NCBI GenBank assembly: GCA_965235115.1
Contig: OZ249439.1
Location: forward strand, 8,122,001-8,186,000
Reading direction: 5' to 3'
Source of the DNA: Laetmonice hystrix
Lineage: Eukaryota
Length of the DNA stretch: 64,000 bases
Part shown: one piece after another, positions 18,944 to 32,030 of the stretch
Layout of the letters: each line of letters starts with the position of its first letter
Numbering within the stretch: the stretch's first letter is position 1
Translations under genes and position numbers: made by a program
The notes under the pieces: model-generated
Databases searched by the model: none
What the model was told of the DNA's origin: nothing
Seen by the model: the letters and a program-made list of their open reading frames with translations, nothing else

Positions 18944-21900
18944 CAAACACACAACGTACGATGTTAAGGTCCAAGATCCCGGTTCCTCCCCTCTTTGTAC
19001 ATTTATTTAACACAGTCACCACTCCACACGCTGACTGTGCGTGGGTGGGTCTAATCTCTGAGTGCAGGCGGGTCTAATCTCTGTGTGCGGGTAGAGGGTG
19101 GGAGAGGCAAGGACCACACAACAGCTGGGCAGCCGCTGTGATCCTGGGCTGGATTCTCTCCCATAGTTTACTGTTGGCACCTGGATCCACCAATCGACAG
19201 GGTTGGGTGACCCCTGTACGTACGCGGATCACCCCACACTGACGGTGGGGACGGGGTGTTCAGTCGGCCGGGAGATACGAGAGAGGGTGAGGAAGGGCAG
19301 GACTCGAGGAGACAGTGAGGGTCAGTAGGGGAGAGGGGGTGCTAATTCAGGTAGGGGGTGGCGACCTGGGAGGTTGAGGAGGTGTTGTACTGTGTCGATA
19401 GAACGTAATGCCATAGGGTTCGGTAAGGGGGTGTAGGAGGAGCTAAGACGTTGTATAGGAACCAATGTCAACCGATGGGGGTTTGTCCTGGTCAGAGGAC
19501 TTCCAGAGACTGTTGCCACAGGGCAGTCTGGCAGCCAAAGCCACTCTAGGATTATTATCAGACCTGGATCGTCATGGAACGGACAAAGAAGTGCCCTCCC
19601 CCCCCCCCAGATGTGGCTGGGCTTTCTTTTAAATAGCAACCGAAAATAAAAAGGTCTCAGCTCATTACAGCAATTATTGTAAAAGGTAATCAGTCCCACT
19701 TTGAACATGTAGGAATCCAATTCTCCGTAAAACAATCCTGTGAATTAATTGAAATCTGTGAAGCAAGTTTCACCCTGGCTTCTATTCTCGGTCAAAAGGC
19801 CTCTCTATATGAGCGCTGCTCATAAAAAAGAATGCTTTCCCCAATCCCGGAGGAGCCCATCAATAAAACTCCATCAGGCTGTCCGACCAGGCAATCAAAT
19901 TTCTACAAGTACATTAGACTGAGAGTTAGGATTCAGGATGTGCCTGACTGGTGAATCGTCGACCACCAGTTCTGTCTATCTAACACACCCGGCCACCACC
20001 CTCTGTCTGCAGCAGCCACTGATGCAGTGCCAAGTATATCGATAAATCTGGCCACAATAATCAGCAAAATGGCCCGTGCCTAAAGGTCAGAACTATTGCT
20101 GCCGCCCGCTACCCGTCCGCTGGACGGGGAATGGACAGCGGTCCCGGGCAGGGGGCCGACTGTCCAGGACTCGGGGCCGTACTCCGGCCTTGTCTGGCCA
20201 ATAGAGGGACCTCACGGGGTCGTGGAAAGCCCTTACCTAGGCGCCCTTAAGGTTTTCCTATAGCACACTTCATTGACATGCTGGGGGCTGTCCGACTAAT
20301 AAGACACATGGCTGGCCTGCGGGCCTCCCTCAGCCTTCAGACGCTCATCCGTCTGGAGGGACTGAGCCTTCCGTAATCATAGCCTTAATAGCTTCCTTGG
20401 CCAGATCAAACAAACCAGCCAGGCCTTATGGCACCATTCGGAACGCTTCCACCGTCACCTCTAGGGGTTAACATTGAGTACCTGGAGCAGGAGTCCGACA
20501 TGCGAGGACTAACCTAGCAGGAGGAATCCGTTCTCTCACTCCTCCCTAGTCTTCCAGTCCTCCGCCCACGCATACTCTTATCGTATCCTGGCCGGACAAC
20601 GCATGCCCTCCTGCCACTCCTTTTATCGAGGTTTTTCTATTCACAAAGGGACACACATGATTAGATTCTGAAAATGGCAGCCACGCTGCCTGCGTGTCAC
20701 TCGGGCCGTTCCCTGAAACCAAGGCAGTTACCATCTCAGGTTCGGTAGAAAATGGGGCAGATTCAACTTTACGGTTTTCTTCTCCCATCAGGATCCAGCC
20801 AGTGAGTGATCCTCCCATTAGGTCTAAGACCTAGATCTAGCCTCGATTTTTCTAAAAAGGTCCTGCTTGGATACCGGTAGTTAGGTCTTGAACTGTAATT
20901 AAAGCCATGAAAACCGAAAAACAGGCCAAATCGTAGCACTTGAGTCGTATTTTATCTTCGATATTGCTGGATGATGATTTAATAAATTATATCTGAGCCC
21001 ATTTCCGTCATGTCTCGCCCTTTTAAATAACTGGTCAATAAAGCAATTATTCTAGCATTCCACGCACTGGTAATTTTGCGACAAACCCTTTCAGCCTTTC
21101 TATTTCGTCTGGAAGTATTTCACAACAGCCTGTGCTGATATCTGATGGAAGATTCCAGAAGCAGCACCTATCTGTTAACGTCGCAGACTCTGCACGTTTC
21201 CCTGTCTTGAGTAGGCTGTCATCTGTTTCCACGAGACAGTCTCCGACAATGTTGCTCTGAGTAAACACGGGGTTGGAGATTTATTTACACAAGTTCTCCA
21301 ATGACAAACTCACTAAATTGTTATCCACCCCGCCCACAGCAATAATACTGCTCATTAAAACAACTGCTGAAAACTTCAATATTACGGTTTCAAGAATAGC
21401 AATTCAGCATGTATTGTTACACGGCCGTTTTACCGGATTGAAATTCCCTCAATTATCAGCGGGCATTGCTTGCCAGAACTATGATCTGATAAAATGAGTA
21501 ATATAGCATCAGAATATATCATTTTCAACAAGACCTTTATTTTTAGCAACTAATAATCTTCCTTTGACTCATGACATCTGCGTATGATAGGCTTGCCTGT
21601 TTATAATAGTTCAGTGCAATGTTTGTTAGCCAATTCTCCCCTCCGAATGACAGATCAGTATTGGGCATTGAAACCATTATTATATTTCTATATAGGTAAT
21701 TGTGGTTATAGAACAATATCAATTGATACAGGACTACATAGTTCACTTTGATCATATCCGACAGTTCGGACATCACGGTGCTGACAGCACTGAATTAGTA
21801 ATAACCTCACAGGTTTCTATGGCCACAGTGAGAGGTGTTGGACGTCCACAGATCGATGTCCATAGAGACTGAGGCCTGTCGAGACCGTTAGCGGCGTGCA

Positions 21901-22301
21901 GATCTCCTAACATTGCCTGTCACCGATCATATGTAGTTACCGTCAGTGTTACACAGTTAGTGTCCCATTCAAACTGTGGACACAACAGTTAAACACGTCT
22001 ACACAATGACCAGGCCATCTATGACGTGATTGAGTGATCACTCATATCGACCTGAGTGACCGCTACAAATCCATTTGTATCGTTCCGGTGGTGCCTGCTG
22101 ATTGGCGCGGGAGAGGGTCCGACAGCGCCCTCTGCCAATCTTAGCACACACTAACTGTAGGCGATCGGTATAATGGACAGGCAGCATTGTCCGCTACCTC
22201 ACCAACCCTGACTATAATCCACCCCAACCACGACACCCCAGCCCGGCCGACATTATAGACTGACAGCAAGCATATCCAACACCCCCTGTAAAAATCCGCG
22301 T

Positions 22302-22990
22302 CCCTGCTCGCCAACACCTCATCCCTAGGACAGTGCCAGTCGACCCCCACCCCTGCTCGCCAACACCATCTTCCCTAGGACAGTGCCAGTCGACCCCCAC
22401 CCCTGCCCGCCAACACCATCTTCTCTAGGACAGTGCCAGTCGACCCCCACCCCTGCTCGCCAACACCATCTTCTCTAGGACAGTGCCAGTCGACCCCCAC
22501 CCCTGCTCGCCAACACCATCTTCCCTAGGACAGTGCCAGTCGACCCCCACCCCTGCCCGCCAACACCATCTTCTCTAGGACAGTGCCAGTCGACCCCCAC
22601 CCCTGCCCGCCAACACCATCTTCCCTAGGACAGTGCCAGTCGACCCCCACCCCTGCCCGCCAACACCATCTTCCCTAGGACAGTGCCAGTCGACCACCAC
22701 CCCTGCCCGCCAACATCTTCTCTAGGACAGTGCCAGTCGACCCCCACCCCTGCCCGCCAACACCATCTTCTCTAGGACAGTGCCAGTCGACCCCCACCCC
22801 TGCCCGCCAACACCATCTTCCCTAGGACAGTGCCAGTCGACCCCCACCCCTGCCCGCCAACACCATCTTCCCTAGGACAGTGCCAGTCGACCCCCACCCC
22901 TGCCCGCCAACATCTTCTCTAGGACAGTGCCAGTCGACCCCCACCCCTGCTCGCCAACAACATCTTCTCTAGGACAGTGCCAGTCGACCC
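22302..22990. repeat. 50-bp minisatellite (about 14 copies)
   Basis: ccctgcycgccaacaccatcttcyctaggacagtgccagtcgacccccac; period 50. Confidence 0.95.
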
Positions 22991-23463
22991 CCCCCCCCCC
23001 GTCTTGTTCACCCGGCCGACCTACTGAGTCAATATTGGCTGAGACAGCAGAGGGACCATTAGCTCTCCTGTGGATAAAAAGTCACAGGCTTGGCTTTCCC
23101 CTCCTCCTGATGTTATGCCGTTTTGTGCTCACATTGTTGTGTTTCCCGCCCCTCTAATGTTAATGCTTTCTGCTATTGTTGTGGTATTCTGTGCCTAGAC
23201 TATTATGTTTTCTGGTACTATCCCGTTTGTGTTTTCTGCTCCTATTGTTGCCGCCATTACTCCTGCTAACTACAAGTTTTCGTGTTGCTCCTGCCCCAAC
23301 TCCTGCTGCTCTGTCGACATTGTAAACACTGCTGCAGTTATTGACCCTTGGCAGCATTCACAGGGCACCCAGGATCTCTCCTTACATCATTAGTCCCACT
23401 TTCTCGATGGCGTGTGAAGGTCGATTGTTTTGATCAGACGGAGCCGTTCCAGTGGTAAAACTT

Positions 23464-24292
23464 CGTCCAGCCAGACCTGGGCAGGCCCGACCACCGTCCA
23501 GCCAGACCTGGGCAGGCCCGACCACCGTCCAGCCAGACCTGGGCAGGCCCGACCACCGTCCAGCCAGACCTGGGCAGGCCCGACCACCGTCCAGCCAGAC
23601 CTGGGCAGGCCCGACCACCGTCCAGCCAGGCCTGGGCAGGCCCGACCACCGTCCAGCCAGGCCTAGGCAGGCCCCACCACCGTCCAGCCAGGCCTAGGCA
23701 GGCCCGACCACCGTCCAGCCAGACCTGGGCAGGCCCGACCACCGTCCAGCCAGACCTAGGCAGGCCCGACCACCGTCCAGCCAGACCTGGGCAGGCCCGA
23801 CCACCGTCCAGCCAGGCCTAGGCAGGCCCGACCACCGTCCAGCCAGACCTGGGCAGGCCCGACCACCGTCCAGCCAGACCTGGCCAGGCCCGACCACCGT
23901 CCAGCCAGACCTGGGCAGGCCCCACCACCGTCCAGCCAGACCTGGCCAGGCCCGACCACCGTCCAGCCAGACCTGGGCAGGCCCGACCACCGTCCAGCCA
24001 GACCTGGGCAGGCCCGACCACCGTCCAGCCAGACCTGGGCAGGCCCCACCACCGTCCAGCCAGGCCTGGGTAGGCCCCACCACCGTCCAGCCAGGCCTGG
24101 GCAGGCCCGACCACCGTCCAGCCCGACCAGGACAGGCCCGAGCCACCCGACCACCGTCCAGCCCGACCAGGACAGGCCCGAGCCACCCGACCACCGTCCT
24201 ACCAGGCCGAGACTGACCCCACCACCGTCTTGCCCGACCAGGGCAGGCCCGAGCCACCCGACCACCGTCAAGCCAGGACCGACCCGAGCCAC
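23464..24292. repeat. 31-bp GC-rich minisatellite, degenerating rightwards
   Basis: cgtccagccagacctgggcaggcccgaccac; period 31. Confidence 0.95.
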
Positions 24293-24331
24293 ACATGTCT
24301 GGTCAGGTGTGATGCTCAGTCTATGATTCCA

Positions 24332-24483
24332 TCATCTGTCTTCAGGAATGCCGTATAAACCCGACGCTGGATCAATCAGAATGAAGTGCAAACAACATCG
24401 TTGATTCCATGTTGACAGAAGGCTTTCGCCCAAATAAATGAAGCCGCATTTTTCCGCGACTGTGTCTACAGCAGGGTGGGAAC
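24332..24483 (-). CDS. Candidate exon of an unidentified host gene
   Basis: Strong acceptor cctgtcatgtttctggcttccAG followed by open frame SHPAVDTVAEKCGFIYLGESLL...YGIPEDR*. Confidence 0.25.
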
Positions 24484-24844
24484 CTGGAAGCCAGAAACAT
24501 GACAGGCGCTTAACTCCCAATGATTTGGCCTTGGCCTTCCTCATTTTCTAACCAGCCAATTCCACTCACACTCAGCCCTTTAAGCCTAACCCCATATTGA
24601 TGATAGGCACTTTGAATATTAACAAGGCGCAAGCGGTGTCAGCCCACAGGGACAGAGGGCCTCCGATGGGGTTCTAGGATCCTTGAAGGAGGCTGTGCCC
24701 CTTTAACTGTTAATTCTTGCAGTGGGAGGGGTTGTGTTGACATGAATCTCACGCTGCATGCATAGTAATGTCGGGCCTCTCTCCAGTCAGACATGAGCTG
24801 GATACACGTGGGCACCAAGGCCACACAAACTAAATGGTACGGTT

Positions 24845-25088
24845 TCTTGGAAGGAGGTTATATTTTTATCTCGGTCTGTCTGTTCGCCAGATATCTCAAA
24901 AACCAATGGACGGATTTTCATGAAACTTTCACTTATGATCGGTCTCGTGCCAGGGAACAATCCATTCAATTTTGGGGAAGATCCGTTTGTTTTCGTGGAT
25001 TCAGGATCATTTGCCATTTTCTTCACCATTGGAGGACTACTCCGCTTGATGGAGGTCGGCTAAGCGCTCTTCTGAGCGCCCTCTAGTT
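24845..25088 (+). mobile_element. Non-autonomous Helentron/Helitron (HINE/DINE-like) element
   Basis: ggaggttatatttt near the 5' end, tctgtctgt motif, ctcaaaaa..gacggattttcatgaaacttt body typical of this family, 3' hairpin gcgctc-ttct-gagcgc (25064-25079) followed by CTAGT/T terminus. Left boundary approximate. Confidence 0.65.
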
Positions 25089-25360
25089 ATCACTCTTTAC
25101 TTCAAAGGAATTTCGGGTAATTTTGAATATTTTTTTTATTAGAGTTAGATCTGCTTTGAAGCTAAAGTAAAAAGTTAAATACGTCCCAGAGCGTTTTTTA
25201 ACTTGTCTTTGTCCTGGTAGCGCACAAAGAACAGGATCAATGTCAATGAATTCTTTTAAAAGGGCTGAGAACAATTTAAACTGATTGTAGCCGTTTTTTC
25301 ATAGTGTGTACTTAACATTGACATGCTTTGGTTGGTAAAACGATGTGCATATAGACATAC

Positions 25361-25467
25361 AGTAAGCCGTGATTCTGAGCAAAATCGGATTCACAGTACA
25401 TTTGTGAGAGAACTATTCTTGGTTCTTTGTAATCTTTTGGATTAATTGAAGATGCTAAGATATCAGT
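25361..25467 (-). CDS. Candidate internal exon of host gene (107 nt)
   Basis: cgcAG acceptor, GTATGT donor, only one open frame: TDILASSINPKDYKEPRIVLSQMYCESDFAQNHGL. Confidence 0.3.
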
Positions 25468-25547
25468 CTGCGGTGTTCTTGATTGCGTATCACGTCTATA
25501 GAACACTTCACACCCCCGGACTGGAGAGTTCCTGATCCCCAACTTAC

Positions 25548-25591
25548 AAAATCTCCAACTAACTTCTGAACGTTTCTGCAGACCAATATAT
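25548..25591 (-). CDS. Candidate internal exon of host gene (44 nt)
   Basis: Pyrimidine-rich acceptor ending cacAG and consensus GTAAGT donor; the DILVCRNVQKLVGDF frame joins 25361-25467 in phase across an 80-nt intron. Confidence 0.3.
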
Positions 25592-25869
25592 CTGTGATCG
25601 CGTAAGGACGTAAAGAGAGGCCAAAGGCTAGGAGATATTTCACTTTATGGGCCCTCATACTCCGACTTGCCAGTGATTTGCTGCCCTGGTAGATGGGCCT
25701 GTGTTCTCTCTAGGTTCCCCCTGGACAAGGTCGCCATTTGTCAGTGGACACAATGATTACGATGGCAAGTGTAACCATACAAGAGCATTATTTTGTCACG
25801 AGTGGTGTGTAGTGAGGAGCCATGAAGCAGCCCAGATGGGGACTCAGTCATTGCCATGATAACTTTATT

Positions 25870-26210
25870 GATTGGGGCACGGCCGGCTGGTGATGCAGGA
25901 CTAGCAGGCTTTTGATGAAGAGTGAGCAGGATTTTGATGAAGAGCTAGCAGGATGATGGTGCAGAGTTAGTGTTAGTGATGCAGAGCTGACTGGCTAGTG
26001 ATACAGAGCTGGCAGGCTAGTGATGCAGAGCCGACTGGCAAGGGATGTAGAGCTGACTGACTCCTGGAGCTAGCAGGCTGGTGGTACAGAACTACAAGGC
26101 TCATGATGCAGAGCTAGCCGGATCGTGATGCAGAATTAGGAGGCTGGTGATGCAGAGCCAGCAGGTCGGTGACGCAGACCAAGCAGGCTGGTGATCAGGA
26201 GTTTGCGGGC
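25870..26210. repeat. Degenerate tandem repeat (gctggcaggct(a/g)gtgatgcaga-like)
   Basis: Repeated imperfect tgatgcagagc and gcaggctgg motifs. Confidence 0.6.
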
Positions 26211-26559
26211 TCTTGGTCCATGTTAACTGGTGGTGGCTCCACATGTTAAGAGACTTAGGCTTGCCACAAAAGGGATGACCTCCTGAATTCACCCTACTTA
26301 CTAAAGCTCCTCTGCACTCTTCCTGATGCCATCACTACTGATGCCATTGCGGCTGTTCCTCTGGCTAATGCTACCTTTCCTGTCACTGGTGCTAATGGTG
26401 CTATTGGGCACACTGCTACTCTTGGAGCTACCCACGCTCCCTAACGCTACTACGCTATTGTCTGAGCATCATCAGGACATATGAACACGGCCACGGGCGA
26501 CGACAGGCACGGCCAAATTCTAGCTGACATGGAGAATCAGCACAGCACGGTATAAGTTG

Positions 26560-27450
26560 GTTAACTTTGCTAAATTGTCACTTTTAGAAACCATCCCAGA
26601 TAGAGCAGGCGCAAACTCAGACAAGGCGCTACTTAAATGCATTAGGTTGAGCTTCCTTAAAGGAAATTCCATGAGAGTCTTCTAAGTGCTGGCAGGTTGC
26701 CTTGAGGCGCTGAGGGGCGGTGGCTGTTAAAGCTGCACACTGCCGTACCGGTTTTTGTGACGGCCAGTGCTCCATAACTACTGGACGCCTCATGGAAAGA
26801 AAGTCAATTGTATCCATTCACTGGTCCAACAGCGGCTTCTACTTCCAACCATGTTGTAATACAGATTGACAAGCCTTTCTGAGACGTGCCCCCTGTTAGC
26901 CTTCAACAGATCGCCATTACACTTCGGAATTAACATATAGAACCGTTCCGAGTCCTTGACCGCCCTGTGGACTACCGTTTACAAGGACATTCTTGGGAAA
27001 ATGTCAAAAAGATAAGACCAGTGAAAATAGCCAACTAATCCAGGCTTTTTGATAATCGGCTGTCATGATTATTGGGGTGGGGGCGGTCCCCCACTTGAAG
27101 GTACCATTAGCTTTGGATGGGATCTGTGTATTGTACGGTGGCATGCTAAGGCGAACCAAGGCTAGGCAGTTTTACTCGATGCAAATCATGAAGATCAAAG
27201 TAAAGCAATGCCTGCCATTCTCATGAGGGGACTTGCTCTACCTACTGGACCCACCATTAGTCACAACGTGGAGCCCCGAGTAGTGTACCATCCCTACCAT
27301 CAAGAAAACTCCGGTTGAGGGCCCGCCTTTCACTAGAATATAAGACTTGTACACAACTCTCCAGCTGTGCAATCAACAACTGCCTGTGTGCACTCAAGGG
27401 AAGAAAACAAACAATTATTGTTTGTGAACATTTGACGAGGCAGTAATGAG
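26560..27450 (-). pseudogene. Possible highly decayed non-LTR (LINE) reverse-transcriptase relic
   Basis: Stop-interrupted frames contain TADYQKAW (like D..KAFD), NGSPQGGQGLGTVLYV (like G.PQG..LGP.LF) and VCACSIWDG (like YA..VWDP). Matches are loose. Confidence 0.3.
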
Positions 27451-30400
27451 GTTTGCGGCTGTCACGCAATGCAAGCCGATCTTAACGCCCCATCTGTCGC
27501 CGACGATAAAACCCGAGAGCCATCGCGGCGCCGGGCCGTCCTCCCAACCAGCCAATCGTCTGGGCTGTTATTGGACCCTGCCAGCCAATCAGACACTTCA
27601 AATCAAAGTCGGGCTAGGTTTACTAGAGGAAGCCACAGCAGCACTGACTGTAACATCACAAAGCCAACTCGCCATCAGTGACGTTATTAGAGGGTGAGGA
27701 ACGACGCGCCTAGCGAGCCCGTCTATAGGCCCGTGTTGATAACATCGGAAAGCCACGTGTCTTAGGCTGGATTCACACAGGATAAACCACAGAGCGGATC
27801 GAAACTTTGGCGAGCCGACAGATCGGGGGTGTTCACACTGAAGCAAATTCTGCCTTATGTGGTAGACAGCCTGTGAATCCCATCGCCCGTGTTCGCGAGG
27901 CGAGGCACACCTTCCTGTGTGAAAGCAGCATTATAAAGTCGGACGAAAAAACGGGAACAGGGGGATTAAATCGGGACTGCGAGCCGACAAGAGGCAGGGA
28001 GTGGGAAGGGATGAATGGTGACGGGAGAGGGAGGGGGGGGGGGTGATCCCAAAGATAGAGAGAGAGGGAACAGAGAGATACAGAGAAGGAGCCCTGAGGA
28101 GTCAGCTCAAAAGGAAACATATTGCCCGTTGGTTACAGCACTATCCCGATGTTCGGGCCGAGGATCCCATCTGTAACGCAGGTTGCTCTAACTCAATCTT
28201 GTCTGACGCCAAATCTTTCATTCTGTTACCTCAGGCTCTGAGAGTCATTACATTCTAAGCTAAATCATTTCGCCGGGAGTATCTCATCAAACTGCTCACT
28301 CCTACACTGTTCCACACTCACACGTGCACACGTTCACACCATATAGCTCCACTTTAATCACATTTCCAGACAACATTGTCCTTGTGCGCATGTGACGTTT
28401 CTCGCATCCACGTCATTTGGTTGAGTAAAACTTTGACGATGGCTCGTCCTATCAGCTTCCTTATGAGTGAGTAAGACAGTGAGTATCTATTTTGATTTGT
28501 GTCTGCGTATCTTGTACCGTTTTCATGTTTTATACTAATAAACTATACGCAAGGGGTCACTGGAACATGGACAATACTGTTACACCATATCGCCACCTTG
28601 TGGATTTTATTGGCGCATGGTTTGGACGGACCAGTCGGTCAGATTTAGTTACTGTTTTTCGTCCGATTGCACTTTCATATATCGGTCCGATTTCTTATCT
28701 CATGTTGGATCTCAGGTATTAGGCAACTCGTGCTGCGGCTTGAGTTTATCCCTATAAGAGTTGGCGTTGTGTTTCACCAAGAGACACAGACCGTTTGCCA
28801 TCATTCGAAGTCACCAAGTAGCTATCTATAAGGAGGTGACGGATCCACATCTGTGCTCCCTTACCCCTACCACAGGCCTGCTGGTGATCATGATAGTGTC
28901 GGAATCTGATAGTCATTCACAGCCGTGTCAGTGTCTGCATATATCAGCAGCAGGGCCTGGTGTGCTGGTTGTACGTCCTATCAGCAACTGTTGGTCATCT
29001 TCAGGATAAAGTCAAAACTGCAATCTCGGAGTCATCGTAACATGTGCTCAATCTGGCGATGAGGAAAACACTACATTATCAACCGTTAGCGTTTATAGGT
29101 AGTAATAAAAGACGCCTTCATAAAGACGAGTTGGCTGATAAAAATTAATGTCAGACCGCAATTCTGCTGAAAGGACAATGTAAGATAAAATGACAAATGG
29201 ATCATTATATCTATTAACACATCATAATGACATGTAACCATTTTGACAAAGAATCTAAGCACACCAACTCGGATAAAAAAAACTCTCGTTGAACGACAAA
29301 GAGATTATATTCCGTTGGGAAATGCTGAGCCACGATTACCGTAATCTAGCATAGCCACGGCGATTTTCATTCCTTAGCATCGTTATCGGCATTTCAGCTT
29401 TCCTGACCTTCGTAAAACTACAAAGGTTGGGTCGTGGCGGTGGTGAGTAGAAAAGTGGCCAGACAGGAGCTTGTGCCGTCTGGCTGGGCTGGCCGGCTGG
29501 GGCCCCAGACTGTTGTAGAGACATTTGCTATTCTTCACTGCCTTCTTTGTTATCCTACAACACGGGGTAGCGGCCATCAATTAGTGGCTCTGGGACCAAT
29601 GCGGCCTTCAGTGGAACCGTGCCCTGTTTCACACCAGTGCCTGCCATGCACCCGACCCAAACAATACCAAGGGGGGGGGGGGGTACGGTGGGGACGCACG
29701 TACTATATGTACTTATCAATGCGACCCAAACAATACAACAGGGAGGTCGACACTGCCTGTCAACCCGAACTGAACAATACCATGAGAAGGTCTTTCTGAA
29801 CGAACTGAACCCTTGCATGACGAACCAGGGAAGACCAAGCCGCGCAACTAACGGACTTTACTGACGCTGATTCAAAACAAGAGTTTTCCTTTTTACTAAT
29901 TTAAGATAGACTATAATGGGGTTTCGGGCTTGCAGTGGAATGGCTGAATGTTCAGAGATACCCGGCCACTCCCACCCGGCAGTGGTGTGACAGGAGGGGT
30001 TGACTACGCTCTCAGCTATGGTGCGGCCACAGACTATAAGCCAACATTTACTTTGGCTTCTGTTCGTTCAGACACAAGGTAAAGACCATCAAGAAAACAA
30101 AATATTGGCATTTGTTTTCTGCCTGAACACGTTGTGTCTTGGATCCTGCTTGGACCCAGGTTTTAATGACTGAGGGAGAGACTAGAGTGCAGTCTAAACA
30201 AGGCCGCTAAATGCACCGGCCAATATTGGTGGCAATTTCCATAGGACGTTGTTTTACATAACGTGCATCGAGTTTCTGACGTGTTCTTGCAGAGTTGTCA
30301 CCTGACCAGCCAATCGAAAACTGTGGGCATGGCAACTGCTATCTCTTTCCGATGAATCGGGAACTGTAATTATCATGCCAAAAAGTGAATTATTCTTTGG

Positions 30401-31202
30401 AATAGTGTTCCGTTAAAGGATATGTTCCCATATGGTCACACCACGCGAACTTTATTATAGGCGCACGCTGGGAGCAGTCAGTTTACTGAGTGGATATACC
30501 AGGTTTATTGATACCGGGGGTATGACTAAAGTCACCTCCCCGCACAGCGTCTACGTGAGAGGGTCGGTATCATGTTCTATCCCATAATTACAACATAATC
30601 CCTCGGCCCCCAGTCTCTGCCCATCGGGTATCAATCGGACCTGACAACGGTTACACACACCAGGGGGCGTACCAGTCGACGGACGCCGTCATATCCTCCC
30701 TCCATGAATTACGCTCTCACTAATTCATCCTCATGGCCACTATCTATTTGGTCGACAATCTAATTAACTCTTCGCTTGGCATTGAAACTGTTATCCCGAC
30801 GATAGACGATAAAAGCTGTGGGTTGTTCAATAGGCATGAAACATGCAATCGGAATGGAGCCGTTCAATGACAGGTCTCAGTGTGGGTTGAATGGCCTTAC
30901 TCTAGACGGAAACCAAGAATCAGACGGCAATGTGTACACGCTGGCATGCACGATCAGCATTTAATATGGCTGAAACGGGTCTGAAAATGATACAGCGATC
31001 GTAGTCCCCAGGCCAATATAAATTATAGAAGTTCATTAAAATTTCACACGGGGATAAACAGTACAGTTTGTTTACATTATTCTACATCTCGACAATCGTT
31101 TCCCATCCATATCTGTACCTTACTGAAAGGTTTCTAAATGTATGTAGTGTAGCAGTTTTGGGGGTGATTTCATTCATAGATTTCCCAAAACCTTGTTTTA
31201 AC

Positions 31203-32030
31203 GTGGCACCAGCAGCAGTGGACTCCGGGTGGTGTTCCACTGGACACGTTGGGAACCCGTCAGTGTGAGCACTGGTCGAGCTGTTAACCTGACCGTGGCA
31301 CCAGCAGCAGTGGACTCCGTGTGGTGTTCCACTGGACACGTTGGGAACCCGTCAGTGTGAGCACTGGTCGAGCTGTTAACCTGACCGTGGCACCAGCAGC
31401 AGTGGATTCCGGGTGGTGTTCCACTGGACACGTTGGGAACCCGTCAGTGTGAGACTGGTCGAGCTGTTAACCTGACCGTGACACCAGCAGCAGTGGATTC
31501 CGGGTGGTGTTCCACTGGACACGTTGGGAACCCGTCGGTGTGAGCACTGGTCGAGCTGTTAACCTGACCGTGGCACCAGCAGCAGTGGACTCCGTGTGGT
31601 GTTCCACTGGACACGTTTAGAACCCCGTCAGTGTGAGCACTGGTCGAGCTGTTAACCTGACCGTGGCACCAGAAGCAGTCGACTCCGCGTGGTGTTCCAC
31701 TGGACACGTTGGGAACCCCGTCAGTGTGAGCACTGGTCGAGCTGTTAACCTGACCGTGGCACCAGCAGCAGTGGACTCCGTGTGGTGTTCCACTGGACAC
31801 GTTGGGAACCCCGTCAGTGTGAGACTGGTCGAGCTGTTAACCTGACCGTGGCACCAGCAGCAGTCGACTCCGCGTGGTGTTCCACTGGACACGTTGGGAA
31901 CCCCGTCAGTGTGAGCACTGGTCGAGCTGTTAACCTGACCGTGGCACCAGCAGCAGTGGACTCCGTGTGGTGTTCCACTGGACACGTTGGGAACCCCGTC
32001 GGTGTGAGCACTGGTCGAGCTGTTAACCTG
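31203..32030. repeat. 92-bp minisatellite (9 copies) with an internal hairpin
   Basis: Period 92 (gtggcacc at 31203 and 31295); most units contain cagtgga-N13-tccactg (some have cagtcga). Confidence 0.95.

Noticed and set aside
19300-21270. Protein-like fragments in stop-interrupted frames (e.g. GLAGLFDLAKEAIKAMITEG, EILPDEIERLKGFVAKLP)
   Set aside because: Probably decayed TE coding sequence, but no diagnostic motif lets me assign it.
23382-24296. GC-rich repeat ORFs on both strands
   Set aside because: Artefact of the 31-bp GC-rich minisatellite.
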